Source: Chlorokybus atmophyticus (taxonomy: Eukaryota; Plantae; Mesostigma and Chlorokybus algae). Taken from it: DNA of 64,000 nucleotides. This document shows positions 40,901 to 54,900 of the stretch, in pieces. The position numbers were made by a program, and so were the translations under genes. Below the pieces are notes generated by a model. It was not told where the DNA came from and searched no databases. It worked only from the letters and a program-made list of their open reading frames with translations. The stretch spans positions 1 through 64,000 of the forward strand of contig RHPI01003508.1 in NCBI GenBank assembly GCA_009103225.1, written 5' to 3'. Numbering within the stretch: the stretch's first letter is position 1; the number at the start of each line of letters is the position of its first letter.

Positions 40901-42921
40901 TTGACGCTACGTGCAGGTATGAATCGATCATTGCAAACTTGTGCGAGAACCTTGACACATTGGACGAACCTGAGGCCAAGGCGAGTATGATTTGGATTAT
41001 TGGAGAGTATGCTGAGCGTATTGACAATGCAGAGGAGCTTCTTGAACAGTTTCTGGAAACATTCCCCGAGGAGTCTGCACAGGTTTGGGGACTGTCAATA
41101 CTTCACCCTTGTAAACATGTTGCTGAGATTGAAAGCCTGAGGGGGCTAACTCAATCAATTGCTGCAGGTTCAACTACAGCTGCTGACGGCAACAGTCAAG
41201 CTGTTCCTGAAGAAGCCAACTGAGGGCCCGCAAACCATGATACAGGCTGTGCTAAACAATGCAACACAGGAGACGGACAACCCTGATCTTCGCGACCGCG
41301 CGTACGTTTACTGGCGGTTGCTCTCGACAGACCCTGAGGCTGCCAAAGATGTTGTCCTTGCGGAGAAGCCAGTGATATCCGACGATGCCAACCAGCTGGA
41401 TCCCGCTCTACTGGACGAGCTGCTGCGCAACATTGCCACTCTCTCATCAGTGTACCACAAACCTCCGGAGACTTTTGTGAGCCGTACGCGTGCTGCAGTT
41501 ATGCGTGCTGATGAGGTAACAGTCGGAGTGAAGCATTCTGCCAGATTAGTCTTTGTATGCCTGTTACATGAGCCAACCTCTGGATGTTGCAGGTGCACCG
41601 ATCAGTGGACGAGGATGGCTCAGAGGAGGTCTCAGCTCCCATGGAAGGACTGCCTCAGACAGCTGCGCCTCCGGTGTCTGATCCGTTTGGTCTGGGTGCT
41701 GCTCCAGCTCCTGCAGTTGCTCCCAGGTAGAGCACGCATGCACGCGTCATTCAGATGTACAATCATGGCTGGTTGTCATCCTGGTCACCATGAGTAACAG
41801 CCTGCTCAACACGCCGTTGGTCGCAGGGCGGTCGCAGCAGCTGCGCCTGTACCCGATCTGCTCGGCGATCTGTTGTCGCTGGACTTGGGTCAGTCCACTC
41901 CAGCACCGCTGCCTGCATTGCCGCCCGCAGCGTTACCCGCGGCGTCCATGCCTGCCGGCGACTTTGGCATGGGTGACTTTGGCATGATGAGTGCCCCCCC
42001 GCCATCGGTTGCTGCACCGCCAGCCCCAATGGCCATCAGCAAGCCTATCCTTCTCCCTGCCACAAAGGGCCAGGGCCTTGAGATCTCAGGCCAGCTGGCG
42101 CGGGAGGCGGGGCAAATAGTCTACGATCTGACCTTCTCAAACAATAGCTCGACTGTGCTTGATGGATTTATGATTCAACTGAACAAGAACAGCTTTGGCC
42201 TCAGCCCTGCTGGGCCTTTGCAGGTGAACACATCCTTGCTGCAATGGGCACTGCGTGACAGTATGGTGCTGATAGCATTTGTCAAATTGTTGCGACCTAG
42301 GTTCCTCAGGTGCAACCTGGTGGTGTTGCGCATACCAAGCTGCACCTTATTGTAGATGAAGCGAAGGTTGCACCTCCTCCTATAACCGGAATATTGCAGA
42401 TTGCCCTCAAAAACAACCAGCAGCCCGTCTGGTACTTCACAGATACCGTTCATCTGAGCGCCCTGTTTGGGGAAGACGGTGCCATGGACCGCGGTGCATT
42501 TCTCGAAGCTTGGAAGGCTCTGCCCGAGGTTCGTGCACTGCTCTGAGGCTCTCTGCGTTGATGCAGAGCGCATGTTGTAAACATGTGTTGGTCAAGCTGA
42601 TGTTGGATGCCAATGTTTGCTGCTGATGTCTTGCAGGAAGTCGAGCGAACAAGAGACTTTCCCGCCATCCCAATCAGCAGTCTGGACGCGCTGCTTGCAA
42701 AGTTGCAAGCCAGGAACATCTTTTTCATTGCACGCCGAACGCTTAAGGACACGAACCAGGATGTCCTGTACTGCTCACTGAAGTTGCCGCGAAACATCCC
42801 TGTTCTGGTGGAGATCAAGTTCATGCCGGGCATGCCAGGTGTCAGCAGCGCGTGCAAAACGCCCCACCCAGAACTTGCTGACCTGTTCTGGCCAGCACTG
42901 GAGGAAGTCCTCCGCGCATGA
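37928..42921 (+). CDS. AP1B1/AP2B1: AP-1/AP-2 complex beta subunit (beta-adaptin), multi-exon
   Basis: [108 protein letters not shown], hinge [11 protein letters not shown], then ear/appendage exons to the stop at 42921. Confidence 0.97.
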
Positions 42922-43541
42922 GAGGTACCTCTGTTAAGCAACAGTCCATGGCATGCATGACATTGTAGTGTAATGTACTCCAAGTTGGTTCATACCGGGG
43001 GTTCAACACATCATGGCATTGGCGCGGGGTTGTGCCCGTCTGTGCAATGCTGATGCGTGTATCAAGGCATGTGCACACAAATGCGACAAGACTGTCATGT
43101 GCAAACATGGATGACATTAGTTGTGAAACTTATGCTTGTGACTATTATATTACCGTAGTGCACTAGGTTGTTTGTCATGAACATGTCACGAAAGTGGTAG
43201 CAATAAGAAAAAGAATATCTTTGCAGCCAGGACAACTTACTGCAACCTGGCATGTACGCTTACAGTCTTGGACTGGTCAGCTGATCGTCTCTAAAGTGAT
43301 AGTTAAACAACATGCCGCACATTTACATTGCTAGCTTTGTGCGACAATGATGGAATTGTGCAAACTTTGCTGCATACATTAATGGCCGATAGGGCTATTG
43401 CTCAAGTTGAAGAGCTTCGCGCGCAACAACTTGGCGCATTTCTGTATTTGGATTGCATTACAAGTGACATTACTACATGGTAGCCAACCTAGCCTGATTA
43501 TGAGATAATTTCCATTTTAAAGTGATACCTTCGATCCATCA

Positions 43542-43543
<2 letters not shown>

Positions 43544-43581
<38 letters not shown>
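43544..43581. repeat. (CT)n microsatellite
   Basis: About 19 CT units. Confidence 0.95.
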
Positions 43582-43583
<2 letters not shown>

Positions 43584-44802
43584 NACTGTAGCGCATTATG
43601 AATAATATCCACGCAATAGATACACAATGCAGATGTAATAAGGATCATAGAAAAACTTGCATATTGCTTTGAATATATGGCGTGTGCATGGGCTTTCCCT
43701 GCATACCAATGCACAACTGAGCGCACTTATAAGCACTCACAACACACTTGTTGACACTCCATCTTTTGTACACTCAGCCAGCAGCCACTCATGCGGCAAG
43801 TCTCCATTATCTATGGACATGGGCTATCCACGTGCGTTGTCTAAGTGAATGCAGGGAGGTGGTGCGGAAGCAAGCAAAGGGCCAGGTAACAACAGCAAAA
43901 GCAAGTCGGCGGATTGAAGGCAAAGCGCCCAGATAAGGCCTAGTAGCTCGCAGGCAGCACCACAAGCAGCAGCATTAGCAATAGCAAGGGCGAATGGCGA
44001 GGGATGATGTGCGCTGCTGTGCTTGTGAGCATGGCGGCATTGCGGCTACTGCATTGTTGTCCTGGTCTTTGAAATGTGGCTGTAAGACTGCCATGTACTG
44101 CGTTATGCATGCGTACGAACGGCTTCATGCATTACTTGTATAAGTGTAAATTGTTGGTACGGGCAGCACAGTAGCGATTGCTAAAACGACCTTAATGATC
44201 AGCAGCATGACATGAGTTGCAGCACAGCACATGCGCAGCACTACTTACATGGCAAGGACAGATGAACACTCAGCTGTAGACAAACCGGCTACAGTGTAGG
44301 TCACGGCAAAGTCACAAGTGCTCATAAGTGTGCACATAGACTGTATATGCGGCGCGACACCCTGCATGTACATTACGTAGCAGTAACAATGCTGTATTGT
44401 AATTGTGTATAATCATGTTGCAATTGCCAGTATAAAATCGTGACGAAAGCTTGAAGTATACGAGCAAGTACATCCTCACGCACAGTAAACTGTGATGCAT
44501 GCTGCAATAAAATAAGATAGTAATGCCCCCNCTTTGCCTTTCATATGGACACGCGAGTTTGAACAGCATGCTATGAGCGCGTATTGCATTATCAATGTGC
44601 GATTGCATATTTTAATGCAGTAGACATGATACCTGGAATGCAACCGATATTCTGTTTACAAATATCTTCAACCATTAGTGTTGTGACAGCTTACATCAAG
44701 CGCTGTGTATAGGTCAAGCTCTACATACGGTAACAACTTATGCTATCAACATCAAATGGTGAAGGCCATGAATATTACGTTCATGCACTTTCCTGCAATG
44801 TT

Positions 44803-44803
<1 letters not shown>

Positions 44804-44838
<35 letters not shown>

Positions 44839-44840
44839 NC
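44804..44840. repeat. Poly-C tract
   Basis: About 36 C with one N. Confidence 0.9.
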
Positions 44841-47800
44841 GTTAATGTCAGCTTTGCACAAAGGCATAGTGTACAAACAATGTAACGCAAAATTGCGCAT
44901 ACATCGTACATATGCATTCGCAAGCTGTGTGTATGCAGTGTACAAAGATTGTGCTACTGCGATGCATTTGCTCTGATGTGTGCGTAATAAATGTGCATGT
45001 ACAAAATTTGCTCATCTGTGAACACATTCATTATATTGATTATATATATATCAAAATTATCAGATGGACTTTTCATGTTTCAATTTTCCCGGGCCGGGGG
45101 GCTGGAGTGATCAAGGACTGAAATTCGACAGCAATGTGCAAGGCGGAGTCTTCATGCGCATGATTCACAGGCAGCTATGACTTGACAAGTTGCTGCTATA
45201 TATGGCATAATTCAGACCGGATCAAGCCAAAAATGGAATAGAACAGCAGCATGGAGCTCACTTTCTATTTATGGCGCGCAATGCATGCGATCATGACCGC
45301 TGCGTTGTTTATCGCGCATGTCGCGCCATGGATGCGAAGATCGCGTCAGCCACAGCGCGCCATACGCGGCAGCTTTGGCTTCTTGCAACCGACGACCAGC
45401 CGACAAGCCATATGACACCCACGCAGTCAATCATGCATGCAGCGTTATGGTTGCGTTGCCGCCAAGCAGAGACAAGTGGACGGCGCGTCACCCCACCCGC
45501 GCATGCCGCCGCGTGACTTCCTTCAGGAAAAGAGGCCTCCGCAATGGAATGGGGACGAATGGGCGTATCCAGCTACGCAGGATTCAGCAGTACAGTGCCG
45601 CGCAGCGTACGTACCAGAGTTAGTTAGCATAACGTAAAAAACCGTTCACTTGTATCAACCATTGAAATCTTGCAGATTTTAGCCTTCAACTGACGAGGAG
45701 CCGACAAAAGGGTTAATGGTTTCAAACACTACCCCAAAGGGGCCCTGACACGACAAGGCTCATGGGGTTGGTGTCCATCCAAGCATGACAAACTGTAACT
45801 GCGTACCGAAGTGCCGGTTTGTAACTTTCGTGATACCTGCACAAGAGTGAAGGTAATTCTTTTAACTTTCATCAATTATACTCGATTAACAAATGGGTGT
45901 ACACATTGACATTATTCATAAATTCTTACATTAATACTAAGATATTTATCATGTGTTTTATGTATGCTTGCAATTTAAAGAGCTGAAGTTATAAGAAACT
46001 GCTTTAATGCGTAAAGTAGTAAGCATGTTAATGTGCAACAACAACCATATGGAATGCATGCTGTGCTGTGTCTAAAGTGCACAATGATGCATACATGCGT
46101 TATTATAATTTGATGGGAAATGTAAATCATTATGCACTAAGTTTGCATAATAGCTACAATACAAGCTCTAATATAACCATATCTTTAGATCTTTACTGCA
46201 ATGCTGTATTATAGTTGCATGCTATTTTCACTTGTAAGCTATGAGTTAACGACTTGTAGGCTATAACATAAGATAAAATGTCTTTTAATGTATTAACGCT
46301 ACAGTAGAATAGATCTATAGAACAAGTTTTGTTTACTCGTAGGGGTGTTACGATGTCAAATGGGCCTGATAACGACTACATGCATGGCGATTGCTGGCAG
46401 CAATTTGCTGCATTTATCACCGCAACATGTATTTACTTACTGTTGTGTACCGGTATGCATGTACACTGAAACACATGGATCATCCGAAATAAGATGTGCG
46501 GACTGCTGTAACATGGATAAACTTGAATAATGGCCCTTGACCTCAACCGCACAGGCCCTGCTTGTCGGTTATACTCAACCAGCGTACCCGCCTGTCAGTC
46601 GACCGCGGGTTATTCACGGTCCATGCATTTTGTTCGTCCTTTGGAAGAGCCAAAGGGGTGTACGTCTCCAGGTCGAATCGGCGTCTGATATGTCGTACCA
46701 CCAGCAGAACCACCGACCATGCGACTTCATGCATGGCGCCAGTTGCGACGCGTGCATTTGGATGCATTCCCACGACAAGACAAGACATTCGTGTCAGCAA
46801 CGCACTTTCCAGCCAATCGCAACGTTATTGTACCGAGCAACGTGCACTCAAGCTTGGCGTGTAGCTGTCACACGTCAAGCCACGCGCGTCCGTACAGTAT
46901 TTGAAAACGATATCAAGCAAGCGTATGTTCACAAAGTAGGTACGTTTCGTAACCCCCTGTGTCCAATAGCGCGCCGAAGTTGGTTCCTCCGCAGGAATCG
47001 CTTTGGTCGGCGGGAGATTCACCAAGTTGCGGCTTAACCGGAACAGTCCAGTGACACGCGAGTCGCAAGCCAGGCAATAGGCGTACTGATGCTGCCCACC
47101 TGTACTCCGTACAGGTGCCTCCCTGGATGCACGACCGGTTCAGCCAACGGCCTCGTCCGGGCATGAAGCCGTACACCTGCAGTAGTACGGGATCCGTTCG
47201 CTTCGGAAAACTTTCCAGAAACGGCAGGCATCTTCAGTACAAACGCATGCATCGCCGCGGGGCGTACGAAAGTGGGTACGCGCGTGGCTCGATCTTGAGG
47301 CGTACAACAAATCTCTGCTCGATCTGGGCGTACGGCTAGCGAGGGAGACACTCAGGCTTTTCCATGATTAATGACACGGTTAAAGTGCGTGTCCATGTGT
47401 GGTGGGGTGGGGGCTGTCATGAACACCATTTGGCCAGGGAGGGGCCACTAGGGCTCTACGTGTACCGGTAGGCCCTAGGGTCAGTGCGCGAGCATATTTG
47501 TCACGTCAACCCTTTCATCATGACAAGTTGTTGGTTCGGTAGGTGTGACCTGCCCACGGTGGCTTGTGTGCTGCTGCTTTGGGCGTGTCATAGATTCCAA
47601 AGGCACGCAAGCAAGAAGTTCATTGCGTACTGCTGTGCTTACTGTTACGGACCTGTACATGTAGCTTGGCTGTGAGCCTCAGAGTATAGTGTACTAGTGT
47701 ACGAGTGAGCAGTTGCCTTGGCGGCGAAGGCATAAGCGGAGGCGGTGGTTGTTGTAAAACGACTCGCTTGGGACAGCTTTCCTTGTCCGTGTGTGGCAGT

Positions 47801-48162
47801 GTGACGTTGACGTGCGTTGCAGCAGCGCAGCTCTGCTTTGCTCGCTGCTGCTGCTTACTGTGGCGGACACAGCTGGTATTGTGGGGGGTGCAGCTGCTGC
47901 CCTCGGAGGCGTGGTGGTTGCCGCTGTGATTGGTGTGACAGGCGGAGGCGTGGTCTGCTGCTGTGAAGGCCGAGCTAGCTGACTGGTGCACCCCTCAGCG
48001 CACCGCTAGCTGTGGTGCGGCCACTTGTAGCCTGTGGAGGCTGTGACCTTGAAGTTTGTTGTGCTGCTACCATCAGTCGCCCTGGAGACCGCCGCCGTCA
48101 CCCCCTCTCTGGCCTCTTTGCTGACGGCGTCCGCAGCGTCGTGTGGCTTGACCACTTCAGAC

Positions 48163-49350
48163 ATGTGGACCAGACCGGGGCCTTCTCAGGCCCAGCATGA
48201 CCTTTTAGCAGGTACAACAGCAAGCTGATGTCGCCCCTGCATGCATGTCTACATTGCTGTCATCATTGTGGTTGTTGCTAACATGGTTATTGACGCCGTC
48301 GTCCGCAGGAGCAGCAGTGCACGCAGGCGAGCCGCAATGTCAGCTGACATGCAGCCGCTGCAGAACTGTGCTGGTTTACCCGCGCGGCGCCTCAAACGTG
48401 CTCTGTGTGCTTTGCAACACCGTTACTGCCGTGCCAGGTGAGCAGTAGCCGCCATTTGCCGCTGCAGCAAGTTCTGTATGGTCATTTGTTTTGCTGACTA
48501 AGCATACTGAGCCACCCTTTCTGTCCAGGTGGCCCACACAGGTTACCTACTTCTAGGCCAGCAGCTGACGCGCCGCAAGCGAAGGTGGCCAAGGTGCAAT
48601 GTGTTGTGCCTCCTGTGAAAGACTACCCTGAGAAGGTCTACAATCAGTCGCCAACGTCGCCTCTGTCGCTTGGTGAGTGCCTTGACTGCATTAGTTTGTT
48701 GTCTCGCTTCAGCTAAGTTGTTGGTGCTGCTCACTTACACGGGTGCATGTATGCTGCAGAGCTGTCCATACAGACCCCACGACTGGACTCTGCCAGAGAC
48801 GCTGTGCATGCAGAAGAGGTGCTCAGAAGCGCTCAAAGTCTCAGCAATGATGCCAATGCTTATGAACGCATGAAGCGCCGCAGGAGGTAACACGCGCTCT
48901 TACTGCAACACAGCAACAGCTCCATGCAGTTTGCCTCGCCATGCACATGCGCTTGCGTGCCCGCACACGCACACACACATTAGCCTGACTTTCACTCTTC
49001 AATGCAGAGAGACTGCTCAGCGCTCAAGAGCTCGCAAAGCTGCTTATATGCGCGCTTTGGAGATTGAGAACGCCACTCTCCGGCAAGACTGCTCCAGCAT
49101 GCGGAAGGAGATTACCCGCCTGCTGAACGAACTTACCGAGGTGTCGCCCGCCACTGCCAGCCACCACATTACAGCTCTGCCCGCATCTCCTCCTCCTCCT
49201 CCTCAACCCCCCTCTGTGGCCCCTGACAGTCCCAAGCCGGAGTCTTCTGATGAGGTGAGCAAGCTTCCTGAGCCCTGACGTGTATTGTGTGCGTTTCATG
49301 GCTGTACCGATCTTGTGTTTTTACTCTGTTCCTGTCCTGCGCAGGCGTAG
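48163..49350 (+). CDS. Fusion of one LSD1-type zinc finger and a bZIP domain
   Basis: Exon at 48310-48436 encodes [22 protein letters not shown] (zf-LSD1 pattern). Downstream exons splice in frame to ERMKRRRR|[39 protein letters not shown] (bZIP). The stop is at 49278 or, with a final intron, 49350. The start codon is tentative. Confidence 0.82.
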
Positions 49351-50404
49351 AGGGCTGCCAGGGCATGACTCGCCTGCGCAAATGTCCAAGTGTAACATTA
49401 TCACATTGAGATATAGTAGCATCTGCAGGTTGATTCAATAACCCCATTGTTAGCAACAGTGTGTGGCCGCCCTGTACATAAGTCGCCGCAGCAGCAGTGT
49501 TTGGATTGTAACTGGAATGGCTGCTTAGGTCGCAGTGGTAGTGAAATCAGACCATAAAGTTTTGTATTTGGCATCGAGAGCTTCTGCATTGCACGTGGGT
49601 GGCTTGTGCAGGAGCTCTGCGAGTAGCATTGCTGTGATTGAAAACCAGTAGTTATAAACCACGCAGGTACATTGTGTATATTGGACAACGGCTGCTGGTT
49701 AACTTACTTGTGTATGCACAGAAAAAACCTCATTGGATATTGTTGAAGTAATTTTACCATGTAGTCCAGATGAATAGGTCTGTGTTCCTCCTTATGTCAT
49801 GCTCGGTAAACAAGGAAATTAATAAATACAACCACAAGCCTAATAAGTTGATGATAGGAATACGGAGTTGCACATTGTGCTGGTAAGTGATTTACAAGAT
49901 GTTTGCGTATCAGTTGTAGGCATGATGAATTATGCAATATGAAAACTACAACACCACGTCATTCATTATTTGATCAATTACAAGTATACACACGACTTGG
50001 TGCTGAAAAGCTGAAGATCATAAACGTAAGCAGTTTTAACGTTCGAGTTTGCTGCTTGACGAATCTGTTCATATTTATATTGAACATTACTATTATGCAT
50101 ATGTTATGTTACCGTCACATGAACATCATCGCTTTATCAATAGCTGAGTAATGCAGTCATTGAAGCAATGTGTGCAGTATATGTGTGTAAGCCTACAAAT
50201 ATAACATTACGCTTATAAGATGCTTCGGCAAAAGTTATGTGGGGCGCTAAAATAAATCATAAAATCATAAAATGGGAAATGTGTATGTACATTTTTTTTT
50301 ACTATAACCACACATTTTGCTAAACTTCATTGTTTAAGTTTGAACTTGAATATGTCTATATACGTGTTACGCCTGCACAAGCGTACATGTGTAATGATAA
50401 GTCT

Positions 50405-50407
50405 CAC

Positions 50408-50474
<67 letters not shown>

Positions 50475-50694
50475 NNNNNNNNNNNNNNNNNNNNNNNNNN
50501 NNNNNNNNNNNNNNNNNNNNNNNNNNNNNNNNNNNNNNNNNNNNNNNNNNNNNNNNNNNNNNNNNNNNNNNNNNNNNNNNNNNNNNNNNNNNNNNNNNNN
50601 NNNNNNNNNNNNNNNNNNNNNNNNNNNNNNNNNNNNNNNNNNNNNNNNNNNNNNNNNNNNNNNNNNNNNNNNNNNNNNNNNNNNNNNNNNNNNN

Positions 50695-50736
<42 letters not shown>
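50405..50736. repeat. (CA)n microsatellite spanning an assembly gap (N 50475-50694)
   Basis: CA repeats on both sides of the N run. Confidence 0.95.
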
Positions 50737-50740
<4 letters not shown>

Positions 50741-51601
50741 TTCTCTAAAGTAACGGGTGCTACTGGGGCCCCTACAATATGGGCGCATTATGTAAAGACT
50801 CTAATTCATGCACGTAAATAGTGTGTGATGGGCATGGAGAAACCGCAATCTCATTGAGTATTGATTCATGTAAACTCTGCATCAATCTTATCAACTCAGA
50901 TTTGCAGGTAAATCTTTCAACTCGCCTTTGAGAGTAGACTAGCTCGAGTCAGTAAGATCTCATATCCGCGTATGCAATGTAAAAACATAAATAAAAACAC
51001 ACACATTACACAATTTATGAAAAGTATGCACATCTGCGTTATTAATAAAACGACGGGCAAAGTATTGCCAGAATCAAGCGTAACAATTGGGTCCACATCA
51101 ACAGTTGTGATGTTATCATGATTCATGCAACATGCCATGTTAGGATAAGTTTAGCGTGTTGCACTATCGCAGCTGCAATGAGTAAGTGAATTGTTATCAT
51201 AATTGAAAAACATGTTACTATTGTCTATGGTTTGCTATATGGGAAGCTTAAAGCCAATTGCGAATTCTCATGCGCCAGGCGGGGTTTTGTGTGGGTGATA
51301 TGTGTACAAATCGCACTGCCATGGGTTCGTTGCAAAGATTGCCGTAGTGCACCAGCACCAGTACATGGCGTGATTATATCATAGGCTATTTCCACAATGG
51401 TACATGTAGCAATTACATAGCTGTAGCACATGTGTCTCATGCCGACGGAATGTAACCATGCACATGTTACTCAGGGTAATCTTCTTCAAACGGTGTTGCA
51501 TGTACTTTTAGAAAAACAACAACGACGATGCTTTTGTTTGTTGATCCTCAACATGACATTGAAGTTGTACTAGTAAGCACAACCTCATGATGACCCCCCC
51601 C

Positions 51602-51868
51602 NNNNNNNNNNNNNNNNNNNNNNNNNNNNNNNNNNNNNNNNNNNNNNNNNNNNNNNNNNNNNNNNNNNNNNNNNNNNNNNNNNNNNNNNNNNNNNNNNNN
51701 NNNNNNNNNNNNNNNNNNNNNNNNNNNNNNNNNNNNNNNNNNNNNNNNNNNNNNNNNNNNNNNNNNNNNNNNNNNNNNNNNNNNNNNNNNNNNNNNNNNN
51801 NNNNNNNNNNNNNNNNNNNNNNNNNNNNNNNNNNNNNNNNNNNNNNNNNNNNNNNNNNNNNNNNNNNN
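51602..51868. other. Assembly gap (N run) bordered by C runs
   Basis: Uninterrupted Ns. Confidence 0.99.
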
Positions 51869-51900
51869 CCACAGGCAAGGCAGTCATACTACCTTCTCCC

Positions 51901-54900
51901 TCACCCCTCCGCTTTCCTTCTTATCCTCTCCACATACTCTTCCACACTCTCCACCCTCTCCACCCCTCCCCTCCTCACCGCATAAACCCTCCCCCCCTCC
52001 CCCTCTCCCTCCCCTTCCCCTTCTCCCTCCCCCGCCACACTCTCGATGAGGTGCTGGTCGTGCGACACCACCACGAGGGCGCCGGGGTACTGCGATAAAG
52101 CGGAGATGAGGGCGGACACGGACGCGAGGTCGAGGTGGTTGGAGGGCTCGTCCAGGAGGAGGAGGTGGGGACGGGGGAAAACTGCACGAGGGTGGGTGAG
52201 TGGGTGTGTGCGCGTGAGCACTTGCACGTGCATGCGTGTGCTAGTGATCCCAGTTGACGCGAAGACTTGAAACTCAACACTTATGCGCATGCAGACACTA
52301 CTTCTTACTTACACTCACACGAGTCATAGCAGTACATACCTGTAGCAGCCAAAGCTACACGCACAGCTTGGCCTCCAGACAGGGTGTCCAACCTTTGGAC
52401 TGCACACACAGGCACCGATACAGTCACAAAATGGTATGCGACAATTCTCATTGTACCAACAATAGTCATGTTGAACCTGCCGGTAGTAACAGCCCTATGT
52501 TATCACGTACCTGCCAGGGGTCCCTTAATGCCAAACGACCCCAGGTGAGCCCTCATCTCCTGCTCCTTAACGCCTGGGAACAGACTCATCAGATGCGACA
52601 GCGCCGTCTTACTGCTGCTGTTACCACAATCTACACCACCCTTTGCCAACTGGTCTACATGGTGCTGCATGAAGTAGCCTACGCGCGCCTGCACGGATGT
52701 AAGAAGGAGACAAGAATCCTTGAGTAATTGGTTCATGGAGTTGCCCAGTTGCATGTTAACCCAACATATTTCCTTCTTCTTCTTGCCTGGGAGTGGTGGG
52801 TCACAGTGCCTGAAGTGGGTTTCAGTTCTCCGGCCAGCAGCTTCATCAGCGTGGTTTTGCCGCTCCCGTTTGCCCCGATGATCGCCACTCTGGAGTTACG
52901 TGTGTATGTGCATGTGCATGTGTGTGAACAGCGGCTAACAACACGACGCTTTGAATATATGAAGCAGATATTGCAGTGTAACACAGTCAACGTCAATGTC
53001 AATATTGAGCTCACTTTGCGCCCTCGTCAATGCGCATCGTCACACCCTTCAACACAGCCTGCTTGCCACAGAGCTCGTTGTGAGATGCCGTGTCATTGCT
53101 CACTGCTAGTAGGTGTCTCACTCAATGTAAGGTTGAGTGAATGAAACAGCGGATGAGTCCCTTGATCAGGACTTGATAGTTAAGCATTTGTCACGGGTCT
53201 GATGCACGTGCGCACGCGTGCATCAGACCAGTGCGTGTGCGTGTGCGTGTGCGTGTGCGTGTGCGTGTGCGTGTGCGCGCGTGTATGTATGTGTATATAT
53301 GTGTGTACACGCGCGCACACGTGGGCACACAGGCACACACGACCATGCATACGCATGCGCGTGCATATACACATACATGCGTGCACATGCATGCGTGCAC
53401 GCACGCACACACTCCCTTCCCCACCCCACGCACCCCACGCACCCCACGCACACCCCCCCTCACCTTGCCCCCTCCCGCGTACGTGTACCCCGCGCCCTCC
53501 ACCTCCACGATCGCGGTCCCCCCCCGCCTGAGCTCCTCGGGGGCCGCGAACGCGAACTTCACGACGGGGTCGGAGGACTCCACCTCGATCTCGGCGCGGG
53601 AGGAGTTGTGGTAGCCGGGACGGTCCTTTTATGTGATGAAGCAGTGAGCGAGTGAATGGGTGAGTGAGTGAAAGAGCACAAGAGCGCATGCATGTGCACA
53701 CCCGCGCGCGCGCGCGCATACACGCACATGCGCAGCCAGTTGCATGCGCATTCGCACGCACATATCCTGTCACCCGCAAACACGAACACACACGCCCACG
53801 CCCACGCACGCACATGCACCCCAACACCCACCCACCCACCCACCCCAACTCACTCTATTCAGCTTGAACTTGTGCCCCTTCTCGTTCCGCTCCATCCCCA
53901 GCCTCTCCAGCTTCTTCTTCCTGGACGCCACCATGCCGAGGCGGTTGTCGTCGCCGCTCTGGCGGGCGGCTTTGGTGCCCTCCGCGATCGACTTCTGGAT
54001 GTGGGCCCTGCAGCAGGAAAGGGAAGAAGACGAAGAGAGAGTTTGCTGCCGACAACCCAATTGAACTGAGATGATACTGACACATACATGCGTGGGCCAG
54101 TGTGCGCATGCGAGCACACGCGCATGTGTGCGCAAGTGCATGTGCTTGCGTGCGGGTGCGTGCGTGTAGATACACACAAACACAACACATCTGGGCACAT
54201 GCGCTCGCTCGCACGCACGCACGCGCACACGCGCACGCGCACGCCTCCCCCCTCCCCCCTTCCCCCCCTTCCCCCCCCTCACCTCTTCCTGTCATCATTC
54301 TCCTTCATCCTCCCCATACACCTCCTCTTCTCCTCCCTCTCCTTCTCATACTCCTCATAGTTCCCCGCATGGTACTCCAGCCCCTTCTCCCTCAGCACCA
54401 CGATCTCCTCCGCGACAGCGTTGAGGAAAGAGCGGTCGTGAGAGACCGTGACAACAGTACTCTCCAAGGATTGGAGGTAGGACTCCAGCCAGATGATGGC
54501 GGGGAGGTCCAGGTGGTTGGTCGGCTCGTCCAGGAGGAGGATGTCGGGGGGGTGGAAGAGGGCACGGGCTAAGGCGACGCGGAGGCGCCAGCCGCCTGAG
54601 GGGAGGGTGGGTGGGTGTGGGAGTGGGAGTGGGTGGGGGTGTGGGTGTGGGACACAGGAGCAGGTACATGCACAGGTGCTCAACTGATCGTTGCACAGCC
54701 ACGCACATGCATACGTTGACGTGTTAGTACGAGCAAGGATGCGTGCACGCACGCGCAGCGCGTGTGCGTGCACGCCCCCGCACACACTATAACCTAACCT
54801 GCTCACACACGCACGCACACGCGCTCGTACACCCACCTGACAACTGTGCCAGCGTGGAGTCCTGTTTCACCAGCCCGAACCCCAGTCCCTTCAGGATCCG

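Noticed and set aside
50327-50821. HT/VC-repeat ORFs
   Set aside because: Translations of (CA)n running through an N gap.
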